From NCBI GenBank assembly GCA_024679065.1, contig JAGIQG010000008.1, positions 40,672,001-40,736,000 on the forward strand: a DNA stretch of 64,000 nt, given 5' to 3'. This DNA is from Sphyrna mokarran. Taxonomy: Eukaryota. A program made the translations under genes and the position numbers. Positions within the stretch are counted from its first letter, which is position 1, and the number at the start of each line of letters is the position of its first letter. The notes under the pieces were generated by a model. That model saw nothing but the letters and a program-made list of their open reading frames with translations, was not told where the DNA came from and did not search any database. Positions 35,941 to 49,637 of this stretch are shown here, one piece after another.

Positions 35941-38900
35941 ACCTCACAAAGATTGTGTTCTTGTATTGACAGCTCCTGTGGAGTAAAATAATGATACTTT
36001 TCTTTCTCTGGAAAACCTTGTATCTTGTTTGATAGTTGCATTTGTGTATTTCTAATCTAGCTAGTCCCATCCCTATTTTTAAGATTAATACTGGAGAGAT
36101 AAATGTGACAGAAAACTTGCTGCATTTACGGCTTCTTAGGGTGTGGATTCAGTCTGCAAATATGCAGTCACGACTTGTTCAACTTGTCCAGATTCAAAAG
36201 GCCAGTTATAACAGGTAACAGCATGTGTTTCTCCACTCAGTGAATTACGGCATCAAAGTACTGATGTGAAAATCATATTTCTTTTTGTGTTGTGTTCTTT
36301 TACTATAGGGGATAACTTATACAATGAGGGCATTATTTGCACAAAAGTGGTCACAAAATGCAAGAGTGACAGTTGTGTTTTGCTTTGCAGTGGCTGTATT
36401 TAATTGGCAGATTTTTGGTGGTAAAATTAAAATATTTGTGATTTTTTTTCACTGTCACTGAAATCCTTACATCATGCTTGTCCAGTAGAACCACACATGG
36501 AACGTAAATGACCTGAAACACTTTTACTTAGGTGCCATTGCTAAGAGCCACTTTGTATTGGATAAAGTTCAGCTGGTGTGAGATGGCCAGAGGTCAGGAC
36601 TTTACTACTTGATCATCCTTTACTGCCATTTTTGTACTGATGTGCACCCTAAACTACTTGGTGATATATCTTTACTGTAGCTCTTACATTATTAAAGAAT
36701 GGCTTCCAATAGATAACAAGTTTGAACTGTAAATGAGCTTTGATCATTTATCACTGTTTTCATAACCAGCAATAATGCTAAAGGTGTACCATTCACCTTT
36801 TCCATTTAATCTCACTCCATTGTAGGGATTTGAATTCTGCTAAACCTCAGAGTAAAAAAATTATTGCTGAGGAGTATATTGGTAAAAAGGATGATTCTTA
36901 ATTTAGACTGCAAGCCAACAGGTTTTATTGAACAACAAAGATTAATACTTAACATTCCACTAGTTGGGACATGGAGTGATACAGAAGTCCAATATGTGTC
37001 AAGTCTGTCTTTAATCATGGGACTTCTGAGATTTTCTCCCTACTTCTTTGAACCTGGGCTTTTTGATTCAAAGTCCTTTGAGATTTCAACTTAGTTATCT
37101 AACTGTAACATACATATAAATCTCTTTGCAGCATTAAGACTCCAACTCTAGCCTCCCTGTCTATCTTAACTGCTGAGGTTGCACATTTCACTGCAGCTGC
37201 TTGCTGAATGTTTCTCTCTCGGGCTCTTGAGCTGAAAGTAGTTTTCGAATGAAAACTTTTCATTTTAAGCCCCAATACTGAATTCTAGTGCTGATCTATT
37301 ACTTAATTTTTGCAGCAATTCTCAACCTCTGACAATTATTTTAGTCACTTCTGGATTCTTACGGCAAACCCCAATGACAATTACCTGTTGACTGGCAATG
37401 TCCGATGCAAATGCTAACTTACTAGTAAGTATCTTGCTCCTAATTCTTCACTCCTGACAAAATGCCTCCCAGCAAAAGTTTTGTAATGAACAAGTATAAT
37501 GGAGTGGCATGGCGGTACAGTAGTTAACACTGATTTTGCAACATTCAGCTCAGGTGTATCAACACAACTAATAATTTCTAACCAAATATTTCCAATTCTA
37601 AACCAATATAAGTGTTTTTCTGGTTTTCCCACAACAAACAAATGATAATATATACTTTGTGATTGATGGCCATAGTGCATTTAACCCTGAAGCCACCCTT
37701 CCATCCATCAGCATTGCTGACTTGGTTTCTTTTACTGCTAATGCTAGACTCACTGCAGCCCAAATATGACATCAGACCATAAGATGCAGGAACAGAAGTA
37801 GGCCATTCTACCCATCAAGTCTTCTTCACCATTTAAAACGATATGACTGATCGAAATAATAATCCTCCATTCCACTTTCCTGCTTTTTCCCCATGATTCC
37901 ATTGCTTATTAAAAATTAGTCTATCTCAGCCTGGAACGCATGAAAGATCTAGCTTCTATAGCCCTCTGCAGTAAGAAATTTCGCAAGAAAAAGCAATATA
38001 GCTGAGGATTTAGGGGAGCAATTTAAAATTCAGCAAAAGAGGACCAAGGAATTGATTAAGAAGAGAAAAACAATATGAAAGTAGGCTATTGGAAAACATA
38101 AAAACTACTGTAAAAGTTTCTGTGTAAAATGAAAAACATTGACAAAAACAAATGTAGGTCCCTTACAGTCAGAAATGGGAGAATTCATAACAGGGAACAA
38201 AGAAATAGCTGAGGATCAAATTTGTACTTTTGCTAGAGTTCATTATCAAGGATTTCATAGCTGAGCATTTGGAAAGCAATGGTATAATCCAAAGTCAGCA
38301 TAGATTTACTTACTTGAGAAAGGATACATTGGCACTGGAGGGAGTGCAGAGCAGGTTCACTAGGTTGATTCCAGAGTTGAGAGAGTTGGCTTATGAGGAA
38401 AGACTGAGTAGATTGGGGCTATACTCATTGGAATCCAAAAGAATGAGGGGAGATCTTATAGAAACATATAAGATTATGAAGAGAATAGATAGTATAGAAT
38501 CAGGGAAGTTGTTTCTGCAGGTGAAATCAGAACTGGGGGCATTGTCTCAAAATAAGGGGGAACAGATTTAGAACTGAGTTCAGGAGGAACTTCTTCACAC
38601 AGTTATGAATCTATGGAATTCTTGCCTAGTGAAGCAGTTGAGGCTATGTCATTAAATGTTTTTAAGGCAAGGATAGATAAATTTTTGAGCAGTAAAGGAA
38701 TTAAGGGTTATGGTGAGCGGGCGGGTAAGTGGAGCTGAGTCCATGGAAAGATCAACCATGATCTTATTGAATGGTGGAGCAGGCTCAAGAGGCCAGATGG
38801 TTTACTCTTGTTCCTTGTTCTTATGTACAGAGGGGAAGTCATGCTTGATAAATCTACTGGAATTCTTTGAGGATGTAAAATAGTAGAGCTGAACAAGGAG

Positions 38901-39479
38901 AATTGGTGTATGTCATCTATTTAGGGTTTCTGAAAGCTTTCAACATGGCCTCACGTAGCAGATTACTATGTAAAGTTAAAGCACATGGGATTGCAGGTAG
39001 TGTCGTGAGAAAACTGGTTAGCAGATAGGAAGCCAAGAGTTGTCATAAGTGAGACTTTTTCTGATTGACATGCAGTGACTAGTCTCACGTTATGGCATCC
39101 GTGTCACTAGTTTCACATTATGTATTAATGATGTGGAAGTGGAACTAAATGTATTATCTGCAAGTTTGCAGATGATACAAACTTAGGTGGGAGGGTGAGC
39201 TGTAAGGAGGAGGATGCACAGATACTTCAGCGTGATTTGGATAGGCTGGGTGAATGGGTATATAGAGTCAGATGCAGTATAATATGGATAAATGTGAGGT
39301 TATCTACTTAAGTGGCAATAATAGAAAGGTAGGTTATTATATGAATGGGTGTAAATTAAGAGACGTGGATACTCGGCGAGATCTTGCTGTCCTTTGCAAC
39401 AGTCACTGAAAAGTAAGAACGCAGTAAAGAAGGCAAATGGTATGTTGGCCTTCATTACAAGATGCTGACATATCATTTG

Positions 39480-39803
39480 AAGCAGCATAGTGACACAGTG
39501 GTTAACAATGCTGCCTTACAGTGCCAGGGCCCCAGGTTCAATTTTAGTCTTGGGTCACTGTGTGGAGTTTGTACCTTCTCCCTGTGTCTGTGTGGGTTTC
39601 TTCCAGGTGTTCTGATTTCCTCCCAGAATTTAGTGAAGTGCGGATTACGTTAATTGGCCATGCAAAATTGACCCTAGTATCAGGGAATTAGCAGGATAAA
39701 TATGTGGGGTTACAAGAATAGGGCCTGGGCAGGATTATGGTTGGTGCAGAATTGATAGGTTGAATGGCTTTCTTCTGCACTGTAGGGATTCTATGATTCT
39801 ATT
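39480..39803 (+). mobile_element. HE1-type V-SINE
   Basis: cacagtggttaac..caggttcaatt..gggtcactgtgtggagtttg..tail ggattctatgattctattc. Confidence 0.85.
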
Positions 39804-41819
39804 CCGTAAGGAAATATTTATATTTTAAATAAAAAAATTTTATTATATTTTTATAAAAAAAATATTTTTATTTTAAATTTCTATTCTATTTTAAATTTAA
39901 AATAAATTTTTAAATTTCTATTCTTTCTATTCTATTCTATTTCAAAACTCTAGTGCGGCCGCACTTGGAGTATTGTGTGCAGTTCTGGTCCCCAGATTAT
40001 AAGAAAGATGTGGAGGCATTGGAGAGGGTACAGAGGAGGTTTACCAGGATGTTGCCTGGTATGGAGGGCAGGTCTTATGAAGAGAGGCTGAGGGATTTGA
40101 GGTTGTTTTCGTTAGAAAGGAGGCGGCTAAGAGGGGACCTGATCGAAACATATAAGATGATTAGAGGTTTAGATAGGGTGGACAGTGATAGCCTTTTTCC
40201 TAGGATGGAAAAGCTAGCACAAGGGGACACAGCTTTAAATTAAGGGGTGATAGTTATAGGACGGATATCAGAGGCAGGTTCTTTACCCAAAGGGTGGTTC
40301 GGGAGTGGAATGCCCTGCCTGCAGCGGTGTAGATGCGCCAAGTTTGGTGGCGTTTAAGAGGTTAGTTGATAAGTATATGGAGAGAAGGGAATGGTTTAGT
40401 TTGGAGGGGCATTGCTTTTTATATGGTTGGCGCAACATCGAAGGCCGAAGGGCCTGTTCTGTGCTGTAATGTTCTATGTTCTATGTTCTATGAGTATATG
40501 GGATCCAATGGGATTGGGGGTTATAGATAGGTCTATGGCTGGGTAGGTTTTGATGTGTTCGGCACAACTTGTGGGCCGAAGGGCCTGTTTGTGCTGTAGT
40601 GTTCTATGTAAGAGGATTTGAGCATAGAAATAAAAATGCAATTATATAGGCATTGGTGAGGCCTGGAGTACCGTATGTAGTTTTGAAGTCCTTGCCTAAG
40701 GAAAGTGTCCTTGCTATAACAGGAGTACAGCAGAGGTTTACCAGGTTAATTCCTGGAATGGCAGGTCTGTCATATGAGGAGAAACTACATCAGGTAGGAT
40801 TATATTCATTGAAGTTTAGAAAAGTGAAAGGGGATCTAATAGAAACTTGTCAAATTCTAATGGGATTAAGGTAGATTCAGAATGTCCCAATGGTGGGGGA
40901 ATCCAGAGCTAGGGGTCATAATTTAATGATAAGGGATTGACGCGAGGAGAAATTTCTTCACTGAGAGAATGATGAATCTGTGGAATTCACTACCACAGAA
41001 AGTAGTTGAGGTCAAAATGTTGGATGATTTCAAAAAGAAATTAAATAGCGCTGTCAGGTCTAAAGGGATCAAGGGATATGGGAGAAAGACAGGATCAGGA
41101 TATTGAATATGATGATCAACCATGATCAAAATAAATGGTGGAAGGGATTGAAGGTCTGAATAGCCCACTCCAACTTCTAATTTCTGTGTTCCTATCTAAA
41201 GAAATCCACAGATTCACTATCCTCAGAGAGAAGATATTCCTCATCAGTCTTAAATGGGTACCCCCTTACTCTGAGATTATGCACTCCAGTTCCAGACTTT
41301 CTCAAGAGTGAAACAACTTTGTAGCATTTTCTCAGCCCTGTCAAGCTGCCTGAGAATCTGATTTGTCTCAATCAGGTTGCACCTCAATCTTCAAAACTTC
41401 AATGAGTACAGACTCAACCTACCATAACTCTGCTCATAAGAAAATCCTCCATTCATAAGGATCAACCTAATGAGCCTCCTCTGGTATATCATTCCTTAGA
41501 TGTAGTCTGACTGATGCCCAGTATAGTTTTAGCAAGTCGTCCGTATTTTTCTACTTCGTTCCTTTTAAATAAAGGGCAACATTCCGTTTGCCTTCCCTAT
41601 TACCTGCTAAACTTGTATGCTAACATTTTGTGGTTTATGCACGAGGACTCCCAATTCTTCTGGGCTGTGGTTTTCTGCAGTCTTTCTAAATTTAAATAAT
41701 ACTTAGCTCCTTTATTCTTCCTATAGAAGTACTTAACTTCACATTTTCCTATGTTATATTCCATTTGCCAAATTTTTGTGTCTCACCTAGCCTGTTTATA
41801 TCCCTCAGTAGACTTTGGC

Positions 41820-42530
41820 TGTGATGGGCGGAGTGAGCTGGTAAAATCACACAAGAGCCAAGAAATCGGTCGGGGGGGGAGGGGTGGTGCCCCTTAGTGC
41901 CAGCCTAGCATTTTGGAAGTGCCTACTGGGTGCCATGGCACTGCCCACCAAACAACTGGGCATTGCCCACAGAGGCTATGATGGATGGGGCTTGGAGGAG
42001 ATGGGGCCTGTGGGATAGAGGGTGGATGGGGGTGGTGCCCATTGAGACAGGGCCTGGAGTTGAGACCTGTTGCCAGATGGGGACAACCCGATTAGGGCAG
42101 GAGGGAGACTCACTGCTGCTCTGCTTTAAGGTTGGAGTGAGAGGGTCCTGCTGTCACTCTACAGCTGCAATCAATTGTGGGGGAGGTGGTGTTGAAGACT
42201 ATATGTTCTGTTGGTGTGGGGTTCGCAATTGGCTGCAGGCACCTGAAATTGCAGGGAGGAGTGCTGGGTAGGGGCCTGACAGATCTCGATCTCTCTCTAT
42301 TAGGGCTCTGCTGTTGAAATTGTGCATGTCCAGCCACAGAGGTTTGCACATGCTCAATAGCTGCTGCCTGATCAGGTTGGCTGGTGAATTAGCTGCACCC
42401 ACTGCTATAAGTAACTAGAAACCATCTAGTCCACTTTTTTTATGCACTATGTGCATAAAATTTGGAGTAAAAACTCACCCAAAAATGGATCTGCAACTCT
42501 CATATTTTCATTGGACACTTAGAATTTTGT
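41820..42530. mobile_element. Non-autonomous Harbinger-like fragment inserted in CR1
   Basis: G-rich body; end acacttagaatttt resembles 54571-54590 (acacttcgaattttt). Confidence 0.45.
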
Positions 42531-42734
42531 CATCTTCACCACTTGCCTTTCAACCTATCTTGTATCATCTGGAAATGTGACAATAATACATTCATTTCCC
42601 TCATCCAAATCACTAACATATATTGTAAATAATTGAGGCCCCAGTACTGAACCCTGTGGCACTCCACTCATTACAGGTTGTTACCCTGAAAATTCCCCTC
42701 TTACTCCAACTCTCTGCCTTCTTTCAGTTTGATA

Positions 42735-42868
42735 AGATCTCTCACAACACCAAATTAAAATCCAACAGATATATTTGGTAATAGAAGTCATAAGCTTTCG
42801 GAGCACAACCCCTTCATTAGGTGAGTGGGAGTTGTGTTCAAACAAGGTATATATAGACATAAACTCAA
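42735..42868 (-). mobile_element. PLE pseudo-LTR (family A2), single arm, hammerhead core with G5A change
   Basis: Minus strand CAC-CUAAUGA-A-GGGGU-UGU-GCUCC-GAAA-GCUU. Confidence 0.75.
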
Positions 42869-42869
42869 A

Positions 42870-43182
42870 CTTCACAGCTCCACAGGGTCCTGTGTTCAAT
42901 TCCTGGCTCAGGTCAGTATCTGTGTGGAGTTTGCACATTCTCTTCGTGTCTGCATGGGTTTCCTCTAGGTACTCTGGTTTCCTTCCACAGTCCAAAGATG
43001 TGCAGGTTAGGTTGATTGGCCATGTTAAAAAATTGCCCCTTAGTGTCCAGGGATGTGTAGGTTAGAGGGATTAGTGGATATAATATGTCGAGATATGGGA
43101 GTAGGGCCTAGGTGGGATTGTGTTCGGTGCAGACTCGATGGGTCAAAGGGCTTGTTTCTGCACTGTAGGATTCTGTGTTCTA
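42870..43182 (+). mobile_element. HE1-type V-SINE, 5'-clipped
   Basis: ctgtgtggagtttgcacattctc..cacagtccaaagatgtgcaggttaggttgattggcc..ctgtaggattct. Confidence 0.9.
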
Positions 43183-43319
43183 TTTGGAATGTTGTTAGTG
43201 TTTTCACTGTGAAGACTGATGCAAATTATTTACCTGATCAATAACTCCACATGTTCTTTCGTAAAGGTACAACGAAGTATTTTGGTTCTTAAAGAGGTGC
43301 CAACTTGATGACTTTTTAA

Positions 43320-43850
43320 CATGCCAATATCATACAAATTCCCAGCTTATGTAGAATACAATCAAGCCTTATTAATTAGACAAAATGTCAACTGGTTGAA
43401 GCCTTAACACCATTCAAAATTATTTTATATGTATATTACACATGGATAATAGTTGAGTTTTTTTACCCCTTTCTCTCCTCTTTGCACTTTGTATTCCTTT
43501 TTAGATTGCTTCTCATGAGAAGTTTTTTGGTTCCTCTCATGAATAACTACAGAGAGCTAGTACAGCTATGAACTCTCTTCTTCCCCTTCTGGCACTCCCT
43601 GCTGTAATAATCTCGTCGAGATCAGTCTTCCGATGCTATAATCCTTTTTTTACAATGTGCATAAAGGACCACTTCTGCCGCTATAGTGTACAGGTCAAGC
43701 CCCAGAATCCTTCAACTGCTGGCCTGAGTGGAACCAGCTGGTATTAAATCCCTGGCGGTTTCTTCCCTATTGGGTGAGCCTCCACTTGCTTAATAATCTT
43801 GTACCCTACGGAACCCAAGGGCAGATCTGTCCCTTACGGCTATCATAACA
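43320..43850 (-). mobile_element. Possible solo LTR
   Basis: Ends cataaca (TGTTATG on the minus strand); tttatt at ~43368; no clear TSD. Confidence 0.35.
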
Positions 43851-44630
43851 CCCATCCTGCCCCATTCTACTTCATCTAAAATATTACTATAGTTATAAAG
43901 ATTCTGTCTATACTATACAGGCCAAATATTCAAATGTTTATTTTGCCTCATTCTATGCTTTTCATTCTGTTCATGTAACAATTGGTTTGATTACTCTGCT
44001 ACACCTGTAATTTTGTTTTGTACTATATTCTCCAGTATCACATAACTTACTGTTTTTCTTTGACGATGTATGTGTAGGCATTCCCTTTTCTTTTTTTTTG
44101 TATGATTTTTAATTAGTTCAGTAACCTGCAATTCTGGAGTTGCAATTATATAACTGGTTTGGAACAGTACAATTGACCTAATATTTTTACTTAACTGAAT
44201 CGTTTAATTTGAAATGTTCTGTTGTTTATTGCAGGAAACTCTTGAAGTTTTAACAGCTTTGGCTCATTAGTGTGACTCTGACAGCCCGCTCCATCTGTCA
44301 ATGATTTTAAAAGTTGCCAACTAAACTGAAAGCCAAGAGCAGACATTTGTTGTTGTATTTAGTTGTTGCAAATGCAGAGCTGAGTCTTTGGTAAACTGGA
44401 TGGGGGAAGAGAAAAAAACTGTTCATGTGTTTTAAGTGTCACTGTGAAAGGGGAAACATTTGGTTGCTATAACACTATAACACTAATAGTTGTATTGTAA
44501 ATACATTGACTCAGATAATGTGTGCTTTAGCAAAATTAAACTATATTTGACCTAGGATTTCTGACAGCGATATTTTTGCTGTACTGTGTGAAGAGTTGAA
44601 AGCATGTAAGCATAACTTGATTTAGTAATT

Positions 44631-44797
44631 TAAAAGCAAATTACTCTGGATGCTGGAATGTGAAACAAAAACAGAAAATCCTGGAAAATCTCAGCAGGTC
44701 TGACAGCATCTGTGGAGAGAGAATACACCTAATGTTTTGAGTCTGGTTGACCCTTCATCAGAACTGATGAAAGGTCATTCAGACTTGAATTGTTAGT
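44631..44797. mobile_element. Head-to-head family-B pLTR element with two abutting hammerhead cores and 14-bp TSD
   Basis: Centre gacccttcatcag-aa-ctgatgaaaggtc; flanks ttgatttagtaatt (44617-44630) and ttgattgagtaatt (44798-44811). Confidence 0.85.
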
Positions 44798-46074
44798 TTG
44801 ATTGAGTAATTAGTTGATTTGTGTTATGATATATCTATTGAGGGTTGTCATCTTTACTAGGTCCAGAACAGAAGGGAAGGCAGAAGAGGAATAAGGCGGT
44901 AGATGAGAATGATGGCTTTAGCTGTGATTACTTTACCTTAATGCTGAAAATGAAAATTCTAGAACTAATGTCAGTGCAACAGAGAAAATATACTCTAACT
45001 TAAGCAAAAATAAACTTTTATTAACTGGGTCATGTTGTGGATCCTTTGGACAGCACATTTAAAGACTGGACTTCTAATTAGTGTAACAATGTTAAGTAAT
45101 TTGCAGTTGAGGTTGCTGCTTCGAAGTCTACCAGTGAAATTATTTTCCTGGACTGCTGATTATACTGTTGAATAAATGAGGGTAAAGAGGTCACAATCCA
45201 TCATTAAACTGTGATGCATGAAAACCCATTGTTTATTCAGGTCAATTTGTTTTCATCATGACAGCGTCAAACCATAATAATCAGAGTAAGGTCAATAAAA
45301 TGATTAAGCACAAATGAGTGTATCCTATTTAATAGAAAGAAGATCACATTTCATGGCAAATGTCAGGGTTCATGGAATTATTATCCGTGAGCAAGATTCT
45401 TTTTTTAAAAAACACTATTATTCTGCTTTTTGATAAAGTTCAATACCTCAATACTTTTGTGATATACTCTAATTATCTAATCCTTTCTTATTGTTCAGTC
45501 TTGTTCTTTTATTTCTTGTTTTTCTATTTATCCTTATGTGTGAGAGATGCATGCAAACAAAGCTGCTGAGTAATGAAACCAATTGAAGTGCATGCAGAGG
45601 CTGAGCAAAATATAAAAATAAGTTATGAGATAATGAATTCGGGCACGCATCAAGTACAAGGAACGAAATAGGATATACAGAGGGATTTGTGTGTGGAGAT
45701 GGAAGGATCCAGAATAAGGCAGAGCAGAGGAAAAGTTAAAGAAAGCTAATAAAAACTGAATGAGGAATCAGAATTGCTGAAAATTCTAGAATGTGGCACA
45801 ATATTTTGGAAACTCTGCAAAATTGGTTCCACTAAGAAATGATTGCGTGGAATTTTAAATTATAAAGCTGTTCTGTCTCAAATAATTGTTAGGTGACCTA
45901 CCTAAACTTAGTGTACTTTAAGCACCGGAATTAGACAAATAATTGCATGGATAATGGCCAAAATTCAGAGGTATATTCATTTTTTCTAAAATAACATAAT
46001 TTCTAGAGACCCTTCAGTACTCTACAAGGATATAAATTGTATTGAGTCTGCAAAATAAGAATTTTGAAATAGAA

Positions 46075-46280
46075 TATGAAAATCAAAAGTGCTGGAACTA
46101 CTCAGAGGTCAGTTAGCATCTGTTGAGAGAAACAGTTAATATTTCAGGTCGAGATGATCTTTCATCAATTGAAGAAAGATAAAAATGTAAGACTTTTTAA
46201 GCTGGAGGAAAGGACAGGAAGAATAAAAGGAAAACTCTGAGATAGGGTGGAGAACGGGAGAATTTAAACAACAAAAATTT
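46075..46280 (-). mobile_element. Family-B PLE pLTR fragment
   Basis: gtgctggaactactcag..gcatctgttgagagaaacagttaatatttcaggtcgagatgatctttcatca. Confidence 0.7.
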
Positions 46281-46329
46281 AAAAAAATATTTTTCTGAAA
46301 TCTTTTTATGTTAATCTCTCTTAATGAAA

Positions 46330-47662
46330 AGTGACTCAAGGCTTTGGATATTGCAAAGATGATAGGCTCTGAAAGCATTCGAGCAAGAGTACCAAAAACG
46401 TGTGTTCCAGAACTAGCTGCGTCCCTAGCCAAATTGTATAGCTACTGGCATCTATCCAGACATGTGAAATTGTTATTACAGAAAGCAGGACAACTGCAAC
46501 TCAACCTCATCAGTTCTTGACCTAATTACAGCCTTGGTCCAGACATTGGCAAAAAAGCTGAGCTCCAGAGGTAAGATGAGAGTGACTGCCCTTAACATCA
46601 AGGCAACATTTGATCAAGTGTGACATCATGAGCTCTCACAAAACTGGTGTCAATGGGAATTATGAGCCCTCACAAAACTGGTATCAATGTGAATTAGAAG
46701 GAAAATACTCCACAAAGGAAAATGTTTGTGGTTATTGGATGGCCCAACCATCTTCAGTTGCTTCATCAATTACCTTCCCACCATCATAAGGTCAGAAGTG
46801 TGGATGTTCACTGATTGCACAATGTTCAGTACCATCCACAACTCCTCAGATACTCAAACAGTTTGTGCCCACGTGCACCAAGATCTGGACAACATTCAGG
46901 CTTGGTGATTAACATTTGTGTCACAGAAATTCAGGCAAAAACCATCTCCAAGAGAGAATCCAACCATCTTCCCTTGACATTCAATGGCATTACCATAGCT
47001 AAATCCCAACTGTCAACATCCTGGGAGTTACCATTGACCAGAAACTGAACTAGATAAATAGCTATATAAATGTTGAGACTATTAGAGCAAGTCTGAGGCT
47101 TAATTTTATGATCACTAACTCTTACTTCATGACTCCCAGAGACTATCAGCCATGTATAAAGCATAAATGATGGAATACTTTCCACTTGCCTGGTTGAGTG
47201 CAGTTCCAACAGCACTCAAGAAGCTCAACATCACCCAGGACAAAGCAGCCCATTTGCCTGGCACCTTGCCCACCACTTCCAGCATTTACTTTCTCCATCA
47301 GTGACAGTACTGTGTACCATCCATAAGATGACCTGCAGCAACTCACCAGGGTCCTTTGACAGCTCCTTCCAAACCTACAACTTTTACCACCTAGAAGGAC
47401 AAGACAGCAGATGACAGAAACACCACACACTGCAAGTTCTCCTGCAAGTTACATTCTGACTCAGAATTACATTACCATTCATTTACTGTTGTTGGGTCAA
47501 AATTCTGGGACTCCCTTCCAATCAGCGTATTGGGTGTACCAACACACATGTACTGTAGAGCGTCAAGAAGGCAGCTCACCACCATCTTTTCTAGGGCAAT
47601 TAGGGATAGTGAAAAAATGTTGGCCTTGCCAATGGTACACATATCCCATGAAAGAAATAAAG
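46330..47662 (+). mobile_element. CR1/L2-group LINE RT and 3' end, degraded
   Basis: ALDIAK..G..SI....KTCVPELAASLAKL; ALNIKATFDQV; GPTIFSCFINYLP; 34-bp internal duplication at 46628-46695. Confidence 0.8.
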
Positions 47663-49637
47663 GTTCATATGGTGCAAATGAAGGAACACAAACATCAAAA
47701 CTGCCAGCAGTAGTGGAAAAGTGAGTCTGGATATCTTGGAATTTTGCTTAATTAATTACCTTTCCTGCAGAAACTTTCCTTATATAAATTAAACAAATAG
47801 CTAGTTGCCTAAATTCAGAATTGGCAATGTGAACTCAGCACAGTTTTGATATGCCATAGGTATCAATTTATGTTCAGTCGTGTCATTTAATTTGTTTCAT
47901 TGTGCCTTGAGGAGTTAGGGTACTCATTACCCTAAAATCTACTTGCATGGTTATGCAACCTAAGAATCTAATAATTGAAATTACCTTCTGATTTCATAAA
48001 GTCAAGTTATTATAGCACAGGCCTTTCAGTCCATCATCCATGCTGACTCTCTAAAAAGCGGTATAGGCAGTTCTATTATCTGACTCTTTTCCTATTGCCC
48101 CTGAAAGTTATTTGGATCTATGAGTCTTTGCGATTTAAACATCTCTCTTCCTTCAATCTCTCCATAAGTAAACTGAGTTAACAATAGATAAGAGTTGGAT
48201 TGTAAACTATTTTATTCCACAGTAGGTAAAACACTGAGATTTATGATGCAATGGTGCAGAAGTAAAGAACAGAGAAGCACTTGCCCTCTATGGCAGAACA
48301 TCTTATTCAAATTAAAAGAACATTCTGTTTTTTTTCCAGGAGAGTCCTTTTGCAGAATTCTATTTAAGATTGACTCCTTGTCTGATTAAGCAATCTGAGA
48401 GGCTGTACAAATTCAAGGTACAAAATTTGCTTCAGAGTAAGCAAGCATGGCTGCTTGTCAGGGTTGTTAGAATAACTTTCAATCACAAATTTTAGTTAAC
48501 ACTGATCTTGTGTATTGATTCACAATGGGTAAGGACACTGGCAAGTTAATGGGGGCGATTCTCCCATCCTGCTGCATAGTTTTTATAGTGCAGCGGGCCA
48601 GAGAACTCAAGTGCCAGCCGATTTGTGTTGGGTGGCCAGGTCTCCCCGCCTAAGCTTTTCCGGTTAAGGACTCACATTGAAAATCAGGATAAGGATATTA
48701 GCATGCGTTAACATCTAATGAGCAGGTCTACAACTAGAATCCCCATCCCTGGTGGTGTCCCCTCTCCCTGCCACGACATTATGCTGGTGGTTTTTACAAC
48801 TGCTCTATAAAAGTCAAGACCTGGCATGGCAGCGTTGAACAGGATTAAGGAGGTATGTGCTGTGGAGCTGCAGCCTCCGGAATGCAGGGGAGGTTGGAGG
48901 CAGGGACTGGAAAATTTCTGCTTGTTGTGGGAAAGTTTCTGGAGAACTGGAAGTGCTGTCCCCAGGCCCAGGGATGTTTTATGTAGTCTCTGTGTGGTGA
49001 GGTGGAGCCCTTTACTGAGTGATGATCAGACCACTATCTGCTGCCAGTGAGCTACTGCTCTGGGATGGAGCCATTTATTGAGTGCTGGTCAAGCTGCAGC
49101 CTCAGTCACTGGGCTGTTCCACTGTACTGGTTATGGGGTGTGGTGAGGATTGCACTGAGTGCTGGAATTTTGGGGACAGGAAGTGCACCATGTGCTGCTT
49201 GAGAGCTCATCAATTCAGGTAGGTGGTACTTGAAGCAGGGGTGCTTTCGTTAACATAGGCACTCATGCTGCATGTACTCTGCAGTAAATGGGAGCCCATC
49301 TTGTGATAATTAGGAATCTGTCCCTGCCCCATGTCCCTGATCTGCAATGTATGCCTGGAAGGGAACGCTGTAGTTACACTCATGGCAATGGCTCAAGGGA
49401 GCACAATGGCCACGCCTGCATACTAACCTGTGTTTTCTCTCTCCCTGCCTGCTGTGTTAAACGATGCCAATGGCAGGCAATCGAATCAGGTGACACATGG
49501 CACCACAGGTGTAGAGTTGCCAGCATCCACAAGTGGGAGTACTGGTCCCAGTGAGGGATAAGGTGTTGGTGCTGCGATTGTTGCAAGCAATGACATGTAT
49601 CTATCAATCGCTCTCTCTCTAATACCCATTGCGTAGA

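Larger units (their letters stand above)
37774..42735. mobile_element. Cluster of nested CR1 fragments on both strands
   Basis: ORFs 38230-38571, 39953-40243 and 40653-40874 with RRFTR.IP/RGDLIET; KFADDTKLG at ~39162; several 3' tails. Confidence 0.9.

Noticed and set aside
39480-39560. tRNA genes at SINE heads (also 33475, 35746, 55580, 61882)
   Set aside because: A/B-box-like motifs continue into SINE bodies and tails; no cloverleaf.
20980-39960. Two CR1 copies truncated near the same [10 protein letters not shown] codons
   Set aside because: Two cases are too few; short 3' fragments are normal for CR1.
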